From contig OZ024740.1 in assembly GCA_964016885.1 (NCBI GenBank), forward strand, positions 103,912,001-103,976,000: a stretch of 64,000 bases of DNA, in the 5' to 3' direction. Position numbers and translations under genes: made by a program. Below, in pieces: positions 51,804-64,000 of the stretch. Source of the stretch: Eledone cirrhosa. Its lineage: Eukaryota. Numbering within the stretch: the stretch's first letter is position 1; each line of letters starts with the position of its first letter. The notes beneath the pieces are model-generated. The model searched no databases. It saw only the letters and a program-made list of their open reading frames with translations, and was not told the origin of the DNA.

Positions 51804-52420
51804 ATACACACGCATATGCCCTACCACAACTACATAAATGCACATACATGCATACACACAGACACATAAGTATACATATCATCATTATCATCATCATCAT
51901 CATTTTATGCCTGCTTTTCATGCTAGCATGAGTTGGATAGGTTGTCATGGTCTGAGTCAGTTCTTAATTGGAGTTAATACACTCATAGACAGCTTAGATG
52001 ATCATGACATGTTGTATGTTTCAAATTTTGGCATGGTTTCTACAGCTGGAAGGCATTCCTAATACCAAACATTTCACAGAGTACTGGGTCCATTTTATCA
52101 TGGCACTAACATTAGAGAGGTAGTTGTGTCCTCAACTTAACTAAGGGGTCCTCTCTTCCTTATGTTGTCTTCATTTTATTATCAATCACTTTACAGAGTG
52201 TATTGAGTGCATTTTATCATGGTGCCAAACACTAGAGAGGCTGTCTTTTCCACTTCAAGGCTCAAAGGACCTCCTGAATTTCTGCTTACCCCCCCCCCCC
52301 CCCCCAGTAAACTGAACAGAGAATATGAACACCAAGAATTGAAAAAGGAAAGTGTGAGAGTAGGGAATTCAGTTGAGTAGTTAAGTAAGGAAGCAGCATG
52401 AGCAATGTGACAGGGTACCA

Positions 52421-54523
52421 ATCATCATCATCGTTTAACGTCCGTGTTCCATGCTTGCATGGGTTTGGACGGGGGTTTTCCCACTTGAGGCAAGAGTGGT
52501 TATCTTGCTCGCATAGGACTATCTGGCGGGTTTTCTACAGCTGGATGCCCTTCCTAACACCAACCACATTTACAGTGTGGGGCTGGGAGGTTTTTCACGT
52601 GTTGCCTACACGGCCACATTACAGCGTGAACTGTGTGTTTTTTTGACGTGACACCTACACGATCTCATTTGTTTCGGCCTGGATGTTGTGGCACCAACAT
52701 AACTTTACATTGAAAGGGGCGGTGTGGATGGGGGGGGGGGGGGGTGTATTTTGTTAGAGATGCCTACTGACTGTAGTAGGTTTTACTTTGTATTTAGGTA
52801 AGGCGGGTCTTCTCTATTACTGAGTACCGCCAAAGGTCTCGGTCCAGTGACATTGTCTTGGTGAGGTGTAAGTGTGTGAGGTCGGAATTTATCAGCTCGT
52901 CCCAGGTTTTTCTGGGTCTGCCTATTCCGTGGCTACCGTCTATCTTTATTGCCCTGCACTTTGTTATACAGCTGTCGTCCTTCATGCGCATCACGTGACC
53001 ATACCAACGTAGCCTTCTCTCGAGTAAACAACATCTGATCCTCTTATTTCTAATTTTTTCCTTAGTTCGTTTATGCTTTGCCGTTCACGTATATTACTAT
53101 TACACATCCAGCGGAGCATGCAAGCTTCGTTTCTCTCTAGTCTGCGTATATCCTCTGCACACAATGCCCAGGTCTCACTGCCATGCAACATTGCTGTTCG
53201 TATGCAGGCATCGTACAACCTGCCTTTCATTTTTAGGGAGAACCCTTTAGCGGCTAATAGCGGTATAAGCTCTCTGAACTTTTTCCATCCAGTTCTGACT
53301 CTAGCTACTGTACTTTCAGAGCACCCTCCCTCACTGCTGATTTTGTCACCCAGGTAACGGAAGCTGTCCACTATTTCTATAGAACCCTCTGCGCAGTTGA
53401 AAGAGCTAGTATTTTGTGGGCACTTGCTGCTACTTATTGCACCAGAGCACTGGCCACATGTAAAATCTATGTTCTTAGTTAGCTTACCTGTGATCCCACT
53501 ACATCTTTTATGCACCCATACTTTGCATTTGGGACACAAAATGGAGTTTCTACCTACTCCTTTCCTACACACTGAGCATGGCCACTTCCCGGAGGGGACC
53601 GCCGCCTTATTTTCTTTCTTACAAACTAGAACTTTAGTCTTAGCCAGGTTAATTTTAAGGCCTTTTGATTCTAGGCCGTGCTTCCATGTTTGGAATTTCT
53701 TCTCTATCTCGGCCATTGATTCAGCTATGAGCGTTAGATCATCTGCGTATAGGAGTTCCCATGGGCAGCCGGTCTTGAACTCCACTGTTATAGCCTGGAG
53801 GGCAATAATAAATAGTAGGGGGCTAAGAACAGAGCCCTGATGAACACCAACTTTTACGCTAAACTCTTCACTATATTCGTTGTTAATTCTAACCTTACTG
53901 ACTGTTTCTTTATACATGGCTTGTATAGCTCTCACAAGCCATTCATCAACACCTAGTTTTCTAAGAGCCCACCAGATAATGGAACGGGGGACTCTGTCGA
54001 AGGCTTTCTCCAAGTCGACGAAAGCTAAGTATAGGGGTTTACTTTTAGCTAGGTACTTCTCCTGTAGTTGTCGTACAATGAAAAGAGCGTCTGTGGTACT
54101 TTTGCCCGACACAAACCCGAACTGCATTTCATCTAGATCAATTCTCTCTCTGATTAGTTGCGCTATTACTTTTTCCTTGACCTTCATGACCTGGTCGATT
54201 AATTTAATGCCTCTATAGTTACTCCTATCTAGGGCATCTCCTTTACCCTTATAACAGTTAACGATGATGCTGCTACGCCAGTCCTTCGGAACAACCCCAT
54301 TCTGTATGACTTGGTTGACTATCCGGGTGACCATGGTGTGTCCCACCGTACCAGATGCCTTCAGCATCTCGGCAACTATTTCCGAAGGCCCAGCCGCCTT
54401 ACCCGTCTTCATATCTTTGATTGCCTTACTTATTATACTACCCTCGACTAACACTGCTGGTCCCTCTATTGGGTCGATGTGGGGGTCACTGTCTTTCTCC
54501 CATTTATTCTCCTCATTTAGTAG
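52421..54523 (-). mobile_element. Young 5'-truncated RTE LINE with a nearly intact RT ORF
   Basis: Open frame from RLLNEEN through LYADD, CxxC motifs and FRYLG; a single 1-bp frameshift near 53040; long 3' UTR and tail. Confidence 0.95.
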
Positions 54524-54854
54524 CCTTGGTAGAGGTGAGGGAGTGATAGGTACCACTGGGAAGAGAGAATGATAGGTATCAACTAAGAATTTCATGCAGG
54601 GGAGAGGGCGGTGGAGAAAAAGAGAGAGATGATAGAAAGGGATGAAAGAGAGAGAGAGATAATATTGAGAAATAATGATAAGTAATGGAAGATGGTTTAG
54701 GGATTGGGTATAGACCAATCAGATGCCCTCTTCCACTACTCAGTATGTGTAGTGGGCATCATAGTAGGATCATAGGAAAGGGTTGCAAATCATTCTAGCT
54801 TCCACCACTATCACTCATATAATGTTTGTAGTCATGTCACTGTGCTTGCACTGT

Positions 54855-55218
54855 GCAATCGAAAGGTTGTGAGTTCAATTCTCAGACTGGGTGATGTGTT
54901 GTTTCCTTGAGCAAGACACTTTATTTCACATTGCTCCAGTTTACTCAGCTGTAGAAATGAGATGATAGGACTGGAGTCCCTATCATTCCACTGAAAAGTG
55001 GTTGTGGAGGTGCCACGGCAAAAAAAAAAAAGCACCCAGCCCACACTGTAAAGTGGACGTGTAGGCGCCACGGAAAAAAAACACCCAGCACTCACTGTAA
55101 ATGAGGTTGGTGTTAGGAAGGGCATCCAGCTGTAGAAATCAAGCCAGAATCAGTTCCCGTCCCACCCTTGCACCCTTGCAAGCAGGGAAAAGCGGACGTA
55201 AAATGATGATGATGATGA

Positions 55219-55257
<39 letters not shown>

Positions 55258-55327
55258 CATGTATCAGTTCCCGTCCCACCCTTGCAAGCAGGGAAAAAGC
55301 GGACGTAAAATGAAATGATGATGATGA
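54855..55327 (+). mobile_element. tRNA-head SINE with RTE-derived tail, plus an extra tail copy (55263-55327)
   Basis: B-box gagttcaattc, core ccttgagcaagacac, tail cccacccttgcaagcagggaaaagcggacgtaaaatgatgat. Confidence 0.85.
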
Positions 55328-55427
55328 CATACATGTAGGATCCCAATGTAAATCGGGAGGCAACCACTGTCAAAACAGGTACTCAATACATTAGTTAAGT
55401 ATAGGAATATATATATATATATAAATT

Positions 55428-55985
55428 TTTAGTGAATTGGTCGCTACAAGGCTCCCCTCCAGACGATAGTTGATAATAACCGTAAGGTCATTGTAGCGAG
55501 GAGCCATAGAATAAGGAGCAAGCAAAATAAAAGGTACATAAATTAAAATGGTTTGTAACAGAAGCAAAGTATGAAAATAAACATGCAGAAAAATGTAACT
55601 GGAACAATACAATTCAAAACAGTACAAGGGAGCAAGGAAAATAGTGCTCAAAATAAGTTCAACATTTTTCAAAGTCAAATAGTTAATGCTACTAGGGGTT
55701 AGACGAATATTGTTTTTGAGAGTCACCACTTTAGTGAATTGGTCACAGGGTTATTTACTTTGGTAAACGCCACTGCAGGCCAACCACTAATTTACTTCGA
55801 TACAGATATAAAGTCAACAAACTCGCTCGTGAGTGAACTGTCCGAGAGCCGGTTGCCAAATAAGCCAAGATGTCTCTTTTCTCCCTCCTTTATAATCCCT
55901 AGACCGGAAGTTCAAGGAATCTTCTAGAATTCAAGTAACTCCAATTAGTTTTTTCTCCCCGGGCAAGGTGGCACTAGTCGCTACA
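55428..55985 (-). mobile_element. Miniature non-autonomous Gypsy derivative (TRIM-like)
   Basis: AATT TSD (55424-55427, 55986-55989), 256-bp 5' LTR at 55730-55985, PBS fused to the pol end/3' UTR homologous to 23013-23250, PPT, and a 21-bp residual 3' LTR at 55428-55448. Confidence 0.88.
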
Positions 55986-56202
55986 AATTAAATGATTATT
56001 ACTGGAATTCTATAAGAATCCAGCTTCTATAATTTTCGGCTTTGATGATCGGCAACAGCGCGAAACGGACTGTTAGCTTCTCTCCATTCTTTCACCGAAA
56101 AGAAGTAAGTGACATAGTCACTACTTTAAAACTGATAGCGTATGGTCTTCAAAATGTTTTTAATTAAACATACGATATATTGCCAAATATACTATACATA
56201 CA

Positions 56203-56262
<60 letters not shown>

Positions 56263-56319
56263 ATATATATATATTGTATATGTATGTGTGCGCTATTCCA
56301 TTGAAATTCAATAATGACC

Positions 56320-57430
56320 ATCTTCTTGAATTGTGGATTGTTTGGTGACTGTACAACCCCAAAAATGAGCTGCAGTTTCAGATGCAGACAGGACATGTGC
56401 ACTATATGTCTGGACCACACCAGTTGATGCCTGCATAGTGTGGAATTGATGCTAGTGGTATTGGTTTTTACAAAGGATTTGTGCATGTGCCAGGTAAATA
56501 TTTAAGTGTCTGAAGAATTTTTATGTCAGCTGTATATGGTCCATGTCTCACACCCATAAAGAAGAACGGAAACACAGACTGCCTGGTATGAAACTTGAGA
56601 TGGTTGTTAAGAAAGAACTTCTTGCTGAGCCTTCCAAAAGCTACAGAGGGAGGCCTGCCTGAGACAGTTAAGAAGCTCCTTGTCCAGCAAGCAACCGTTA
56701 GAAATGATACTGCATAGGTATTTGAATTTGGGAGGGTTTGGTCAATTGTTGCTATTCTACTGAGAGGGGGGGGGGGGGGGGCAGTGTAGTGTGCTATTGA
56801 CAGATGACCTCAGTTTTCTGGACATTAAATCAAATGCAGCCTTTTATAAGCTGTAACTACTGCTGAGATGGTGACTTGTAGGGCTTCTAGAGTGTGATCT
56901 ACCAGAATGCAGTCATCAGCGTACTATAGCTCAATGACCTGCTCAGGTCTGAGCTTAGAGGTAGCCTGCAGTCTTCTGATGTTGAAAAAATTCCCATCAT
57001 GTTGAAAGTATATGGTGATTCCTACCTCACTTTCCATCCTTCTGTGTAAAAATGCAGTCACATAGAGCAGGAGAATATTGACTAGTAGAGGAACCAGCAC
57101 ACAATCTTGTTTGACTCTTGTTTTTACAATGAAGGGCTCAGATTTCAGCTGTCCAATAATTCAGGCCCCGAAACCCATGTGCAACTGGCATAGGAGATTC
57201 ACATATTTGGACAGGTATGCAATCTTTCTGAGAATATTCAAAGAAGTTACAGGTTTACTGTGTCAAAAGCCTTTGACAGATCCACAAAGGTAACAAATAA
57301 GTTCTGATCTTGGTCTCTGCATTTTTCTTTAAGCTGCCTTGCAACAAAAATCATGTCATCAGTGCCTTGGTCTCTGTGAAAGCTACACTGCAACTCTGAT
57401 ATGTGTGATCTATGTTCTCTGATATTGATT
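56320..57430 (-). mobile_element. Degraded RTE LINE of a different (BovB-like) lineage
   Basis: ELQCSF..QGTDDMIFVARQLKEKCRDQ..LFVTFVDLSKAFDTVN, VKQDCVL.P and YADD motifs. Confidence 0.8.
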
Positions 57431-60400
57431 GGTTCAGCCTTTTTAAGCATAACCTTGAATGAAAATACATGCATGCATGCACACATATTTTTACTCACAC
57501 ATAGTTCAATGCATGTCTGGTTTAGAATAGGTAAACTATCACTGTCTAGCAGAATCATCATCCTTTTACAGCTGCTTTCTATGCTGGCAAGTGTTGGACA
57601 GGCTGTCATAGTTAGAAAAACATGTTCACATCCACAAGTGTTGAACAGGTTGCCATGGTCTGAGAAACATGTTGACCTCATACATTCCATATTGGAAATG
57701 GTTCCTGTGGCTTAACACTCTTCCTTATGCCAACCACTTAACAGAAGTGTCTTAAATACGATTTAGTATTGTACCAGCACTATCACTTTACAGAGTGGCA
57801 CCAGGAAGGGTATTCAGATAAAAAAAATATTGCTTTAAAAGGGACCCCATGATGAGCACAAAACCTTTATGAGGCCAGCAAGGTTAACCCCAGTTTCAGC
57901 ATTGGAAAATGGCTATGCTGCAGACACCAACAGATCCATATAGGGTTAACTGGGACTTCAAGTTTTCGCTCTTGCAGCTTATTCAACCAGAGATCAAAAT
58001 ACAAAACATGTAGATATTTATACAAGAAACGTGTACAAGATGGTAGGAATTAACTATGTGAGAAATGATTTACTTTCAGATAATTGGTAGAAAGGTAAAT
58101 TTTAATTTATGAAATTGGAAAGATCTCTATGTTGGTTAGGTAAGAACAGTGTATAGAAGAACAAGAAAATAATGTATTGAAACTAATTAAAGATTAAGAT
58201 CATGTAAGGTCAGTGACAATTGATAAATGAGTAGCTATGTTGGCAGGGGAGTGGCAAAATATTATATGTTTGTTAGTGTGTGTTAATTGTTACTTAAAAT
58301 TATGTGTATAGGTATATATAAGGTCAAGGTAGCATGAATTTGGATATTTTTATATTTAAGTAAAATAATAGTAATGAAAAAAAAAAAATTAGTTGTGACT
58401 AATGTTATTTCAATTATTTCCACAAATTCAGAGACATAACATGTTTTGGTTGGATCTATGAACATGCCAATAAAGTATAACCTTCACTGTAATTGCCAAA
58501 GCATTGATGAAAGACTAAGTACATGCACACTAATATTGATATGGAATATTACTTTTTTTTTTGTTTTTTTTCAGTACATAAATATTTGTTGGTAGCTTTT
58601 TAATGCACATTGCCATTTTTTAAGCTGATGATGATGGTGTGATATGTACAACACACTTCCCAATTCAATACTACACTGTGTTGTAAGCAATTGGATCAAA
58701 TCCTGGCAGAGGTTTATTCTTATCATGATCTCACAGCATGCCACTTCACCTCTACACTCCCTTAAGTGTTTCAGCATAAAAAAAAAAAAAGACACTAAAT
58801 CTGCTGGCTGATATCCCCTCCTCTGCCTTCTCCAATATCTGTGCAGTCCAATCCAGCTGAGACTAACAGATCACTTACTAACTTACTATGAATACATATA
58901 CCATACAGTTTGAGACACAATTATCACATACCTTATCTATATCACATCTCTATTGTACACGCTAGTCGACACCCAGATATCTCTGGAAGTTGTGAATGCA
59001 CTTATGTGTTAAATCTCCACCATTTACCTCAATGTTGGCAACAAGGATTTCCAGTTATTATGATTCAGAATTTCCCCCTCCTACTCTTATAGATACACCT
59101 GTTTCTTTTACCTCTCTTTAAACCCATCCAACTGTATCTTTTTACATTGAGGAAATCTATATCATTTCACCATAAGAAACTACCAACTCTATAGAACCTT
59201 CTTTCCTGTCAATCATGATGGTACTATAAGATGTACCCTAGCAAAGAAAGCCTCTGCATATAATAGGTAAATTTCCTCTAAAACCTATCCCTCTCATCTC
59301 TACCAGTATTTTTACATACATGCCAAATGTAAAAACACCACTAGTTACATCAAACCAACAAAGCCACCAATTTGACATCTTTCCTTCTATTATCCGCAAA
59401 TAATATATTTAAGAACAAGCACCTATCCTTGTAAAACTCTTCAATTTCTCTCTCTCTTTCCTTCTTTCTTTACAGGAATTAATCATGTTCTTTGATCACA
59501 TACTATAGTCAGTTCCACCCCACAACTACAATAACTCCAAGATGATGGAGACAGTTATAAACAAACACCTTATCCAACAGCTTTGATCCCTTTCCGTCCT
59601 TAACCCTTTTAATACTAAACTGCCTAAAACTGTTTCTGGCTTTGTTACAAGCTGTTTATTTTTAAATGTTTATATTTATGTAACAGCCATTGTTAAGTTT
59701 TGTTCCAGATACCAGCTTAATAATGACAAAGTTTATTATTTTATTAAAATCCCTCCAAATATTTGACTATTTCTGAATGATGGGTCATGCCGTTCATTAG
59801 AAATGTGGTAACGAAAAGGTTAATGATTACCATTACAACTTTCATAAAACTAAATCTATTGAAGGCCTAGATTTTTATATGATTCACACTCATTAGTGGA
59901 TACTCACAAGAAATTGTGTGTAAACAGTGTCATTGCACTTTTCATCAGCAAAGTATTCAAACATGTTTAGCATGTGAAAATTCTTCCAAAACAGCCTATC
60001 TATGGTTCCAAGCCATCTCTTATTCTTGGCTTCTTCTCAGATTGCCCCATCATGGCTTTACTGGTGGAGCTCCCTCTGACCTACATTATCAACATTGGTG
60101 AGCTCTTGAGTGTAGTTTTGGAAGTGATGGTGTGTTTATATGTTATCTCCAACAATGCCTACTGCTATGTAGATGATACTATTAGTCATTTCCCCCTAAC
60201 CTTCTATACCAAAGTGTCATCCATAAACCTAACCCTACACTAACCCTAAAAATATTCTTCAATAGTGTCATGTCCAATCATGCACAAGATACAATCATTG
60301 CCCATATCAAGAAAACAATGTCCTACTCCATCTACCCATAAACATGAAAAGCACACAACTAGAACCTTCCAGATCACTACAAATGATGGTTCTCACCATC

Positions 60401-63400
60401 TATTTTGTAAATTACAGGGTAACTGAACCAACCTTTTTCTTTCAGCTCTATCATTTTAATTAAAGGCGCAGCAATGTTCTTCCTGTCTTTTTAAACAATA
60501 AAGTTAACAAAAACTTAATGAGACAGAGGTGTACTAACTTCCTGATGATTGCAGGGGTTTGATTCAGTATTGAAAGAAATGTTCTAAATACTCTCAACAT
60601 CTAGTATTCTATAAGTAACTTTTCAAGTTACAAACCTCAGTATTCCATTATAACAGTAATGTTACCATATAAGGAAATATATAGATTTTTTGTGTTTCGC
60701 ATAGTCACTTGAAATAATCTGTGATGTGATATGAAGCAAAGTCTTAAGCAGATGTTTTATAATGCTAGAGCATTGTGCATTGTAGAGATAAACTGTATAA
60801 ATATGAAAGAGAAACAAAAACTCAAGAAAATGAGTTGTGGTTAACATTAGCAAAGAAAAAAAACAACAACAAAAAAACAGGTTTATAAAAATCCATAAAA
60901 TTTTAAATAAATTAGAATTGAGTTGAATAAATATGGCATTTGGGAATGATCTGAGTTGTTTGTTATATCAACAAGGGGTAGGATACAAACACAGAAATAG
61001 GTGAAATAGGACAGAAATAGGTGAAAATCATCAAGGAATAATAAATTAAAGTGAGGACTATTAGACTAAAGCTTAGACAGAAAGGAAGGAACAATATGAT
61101 TTATATCAGGAGTGAAAAAACTGTAAAATAAGCACTGAATATCAATATCATTTAAATGAGAATCAAAAGCATTTAATTATAAATATTAAAGCAGAATTTT
61201 AGAAAATGCTATCCTTCAACTAAATTTTCCAGTAACTCAAAGAGTTATAGAAAAATCAATCTTCTTTTGGAAATAATTAAAAAATACAACTTTTTAAGCA
61301 GAAATATGAAATTTAAAATTCAATTTCTCAGCAACTAAAGTAACTGAAATTCTTGTGAGGTGAGTGAATTTGCAAGAATCAATATTGCAGAATGTTTTCA
61401 CAGAGGTGTTATAATTGAGAATGACATGTTGAGCTACTGACATGGCCATAAACATTGTTAAAATCATTTGAAATATGAGAGGAGAAGAAGGGATAGATTT
61501 TCATTTTGAGCAGACTTTCAGTATCTTGCATTAAAATGATGTTGCGAGATTTCCAATGGACGTAATGCTGCAGGTTTTAATGGACAAACTTTAGCATCAG
61601 ATCTTCAGCTAGTTTTAATCAGCTTAAGTTTCATGAGAAATACTGAGAAAGAAATTATTCCACTTCTTATCTAAAAATTTCAATCTAATAAATATCAAAA
61701 GAAAAAAAATGCCTCAAAAAATATTACCAATAGAGTTGATGTGGATCCTAATGCAATACACATGAACACACACATTCGTGTGCATATATATATATATATA
61801 TACACACATACATACATACATACATACATACATACATACATACATACATACATACATAGTGATCTTTTCTTAATTCAACTACAATGAAATTATAAAAATA
61901 TAACAGCTTAAAAAGACCCATTTAATGTTATTTCGCAAGAAAGAAATTACATTTGAAATAAGGCGAAAACAAGAAGTATAAGAACAAGAGATTGGCTTCG
62001 ATGACAGGTGATGTGAGTTTATAGTCAAGAAATAGATTATCAAGTCATTATAACAACAACAGACTAGATTAATCCTATTGTGTTATCTGGTTGAGGGGAA
62101 GACAATTATTAAATAGGTTAAGAAAAGACTAGAAATTTAAAAAATGGCATTTCTGTTTCCACATGATTGTGCTGAGAGATTAGTTGTGAAGGCACCAACT
62201 CCAACATAATGCTAATATTCTTACAAATAATTGATTATGAGATGTTTCACTTATGGATCCCCCTTTTTTTCTGTTAAGAAATAATAATTAATGCAAACAA
62301 GCATCTAATATGTCTATTTGCCTTTTTTGCTATGGATGCAGTCACTAAGTCCTGGGTTTAATCCCATTGAGTGGCATCTCAGACAAGTGTCATTTACTAT
62401 AGCCTTGGGTCGACTGAAGCTACATGAATAAAATTGGATAGATTGAAACTGTTTGGAAGGCTGTTGGATCGACTATACCTTGTCACACACTGTACAATGT
62501 AGAAACTTCCTGAAAATTACTTTAAGGGTACAGTTGTCGGTAGAATGCTCAGCCACTTACATGTTAATTTCACACGCAAGCTGTTCTATTGATTAAACAA
62601 TAGGAACACTCATTGTTGAAACCAGCAAAGGTTCATTCCAAGTGACTTTTTAGCAATAAGACATTATACCAACACATCATGACAAGGTGAGTAGGTGTTG
62701 AAATATGACTAACAAAAGTATATCTCCCCCCTCCCGCTCAGCTCCAATGGAATTTGAAAATGAGAAAATAATTATCTAAATGGCTTCATATTGTAATCTG
62801 CACAAAAAAAAAAAAAAAAAAATTTGAAGTGTTATATTATGTAGCTTTACAATGGGAACATGAGATGCTGACAGAAGAGTGAAATAGCTGTGAAAATGGT
62901 AAAAGAGTAATATTTGTCACTATTTGAATGTTTTTGTCCTACTATTATAAGCAGTAATATCTAATAGAAACTGAATTGCTATGTACCTATTTGTGTGAAC
63001 ATATTTCTAGTATATTTGCTTCCGTGTGAAACTAATTTTGTTTTTCCTATAAAGCATAAATTGCCGAAAATATATCACAATAACTTGCTAAAAATAGCAA
63101 TATAATTTTTTTTTTATTTTTCTTCATAATACTATCGATAACTGATAGTGGTGATAAAAAATTAATAACTTGCCAGCTTCAGTAAACTTTGAGATAGAGA
63201 AATGTAAACTGAAAAAAACTATCAAGCAAACAAATTGCATAAAATGCAGGTCCCTAATTTTTTGAGGTTATGGATTGATAGGAATAGTACAAAATGGGCG
63301 TTCCTTAATTTTTTATGGTTGGGAAATGATAGGAGTAGTACACAATGATATGTTCAAATAGAGATACAAATTTTACTAAGTTTCCATGTTAATATAGGTG

Positions 63401-64000
63401 GGTTAACATGCACAAAACTCAACATTTGAATATTTTGTGAGAATTTGTTTTTCAAGTTGATAATCCTTATTCAGCTATGAAACTGAGATGGAATATGTTA
63501 CAACAATAAGCATTTTAAAGCCATTTTCTATGCAGGGGTTAGCCATATGGGTCACAACGACAAATTTCTCCATTTTGCACTATCCTCTATATCTCTCCTG
63601 ACCAACTTTTCATTTCCTCTTCAATCATCTTTAGCCATGAGTAGAATGTTATACTAGAATAATGTAAGGAGCTGTGTCTTAACCGCAAGAACACAATGAC
63701 TTTGGTATGGTTTAAATAATTGTTTCTACTTTTGGCACAAGGCCAGCAATTACCCAGTGCATTACTGGTACTTTATTTTATCGACCCCGTAAGGATGAAA
63801 GGCAAAGTTAACCTCGGCGGGATTTGAACTCAGATCGTAAGGGGACGTAACTATGCTGGACAGTATGTCCGACCCTCTACCGATACTGCCAATTCACCAA
63901 TGTTACCTAGCACCTCAGTGAAGTATATAAATCTAAATAGTATTTGATAGAATACAAACAATATGTAACTTATAAAGAAACCTTAGATATGGTTTTCTAC

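Noticed and set aside
54524-54718. N-terminal extension of the 575-aa ORF
   Set aside because: Read-through into low-complexity flank beyond the RTE 5' truncation point.
56038-56080. TTGATGA...GAAAC hammerhead-like motif
   Set aside because: Stem II and stem I do not pair convincingly and the cleavage triplet is missing.
57700-63700. Further host exons or genes
   Set aside because: No recognisable protein motifs with splice sites; only faint, unassignable LINE/SINE remnants.

Overview
AT-rich, repeat-saturated animal genomic DNA. An octopus or other coleoid cephalopod origin is inferred from the repeat style, not proven. The only host coding sequence I can support is two minus-strand exons of a CaMKII kinase gene (26324-26407 and 24669-24763); the rest is probably very large introns. 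It is filled with RTE-clade LINE fragments and partner SINEs, CR1/L2 fragments, a full-length degenerate Gypsy LTR element plus a miniature derivative, a DD37D (maT) mariner, non-autonomous Helitrons, a MITE, Penelope-like elements (PLEs) and long (TA)n/(CA)n microsatellites. The most notable hidden layer is a set of type-I hammerhead ribozyme folds read by eye: about 8 with recognisable cores plus decayed ones. They lie in short non-coding elements inserted in (TA)n tracts. Two are long palindromes with a hammerhead on each strand, and two unrelated elements carry the compensated U3-A8 core (TTGATAA) with a large branched stem II. All structures were folded by eye and no searches were run.
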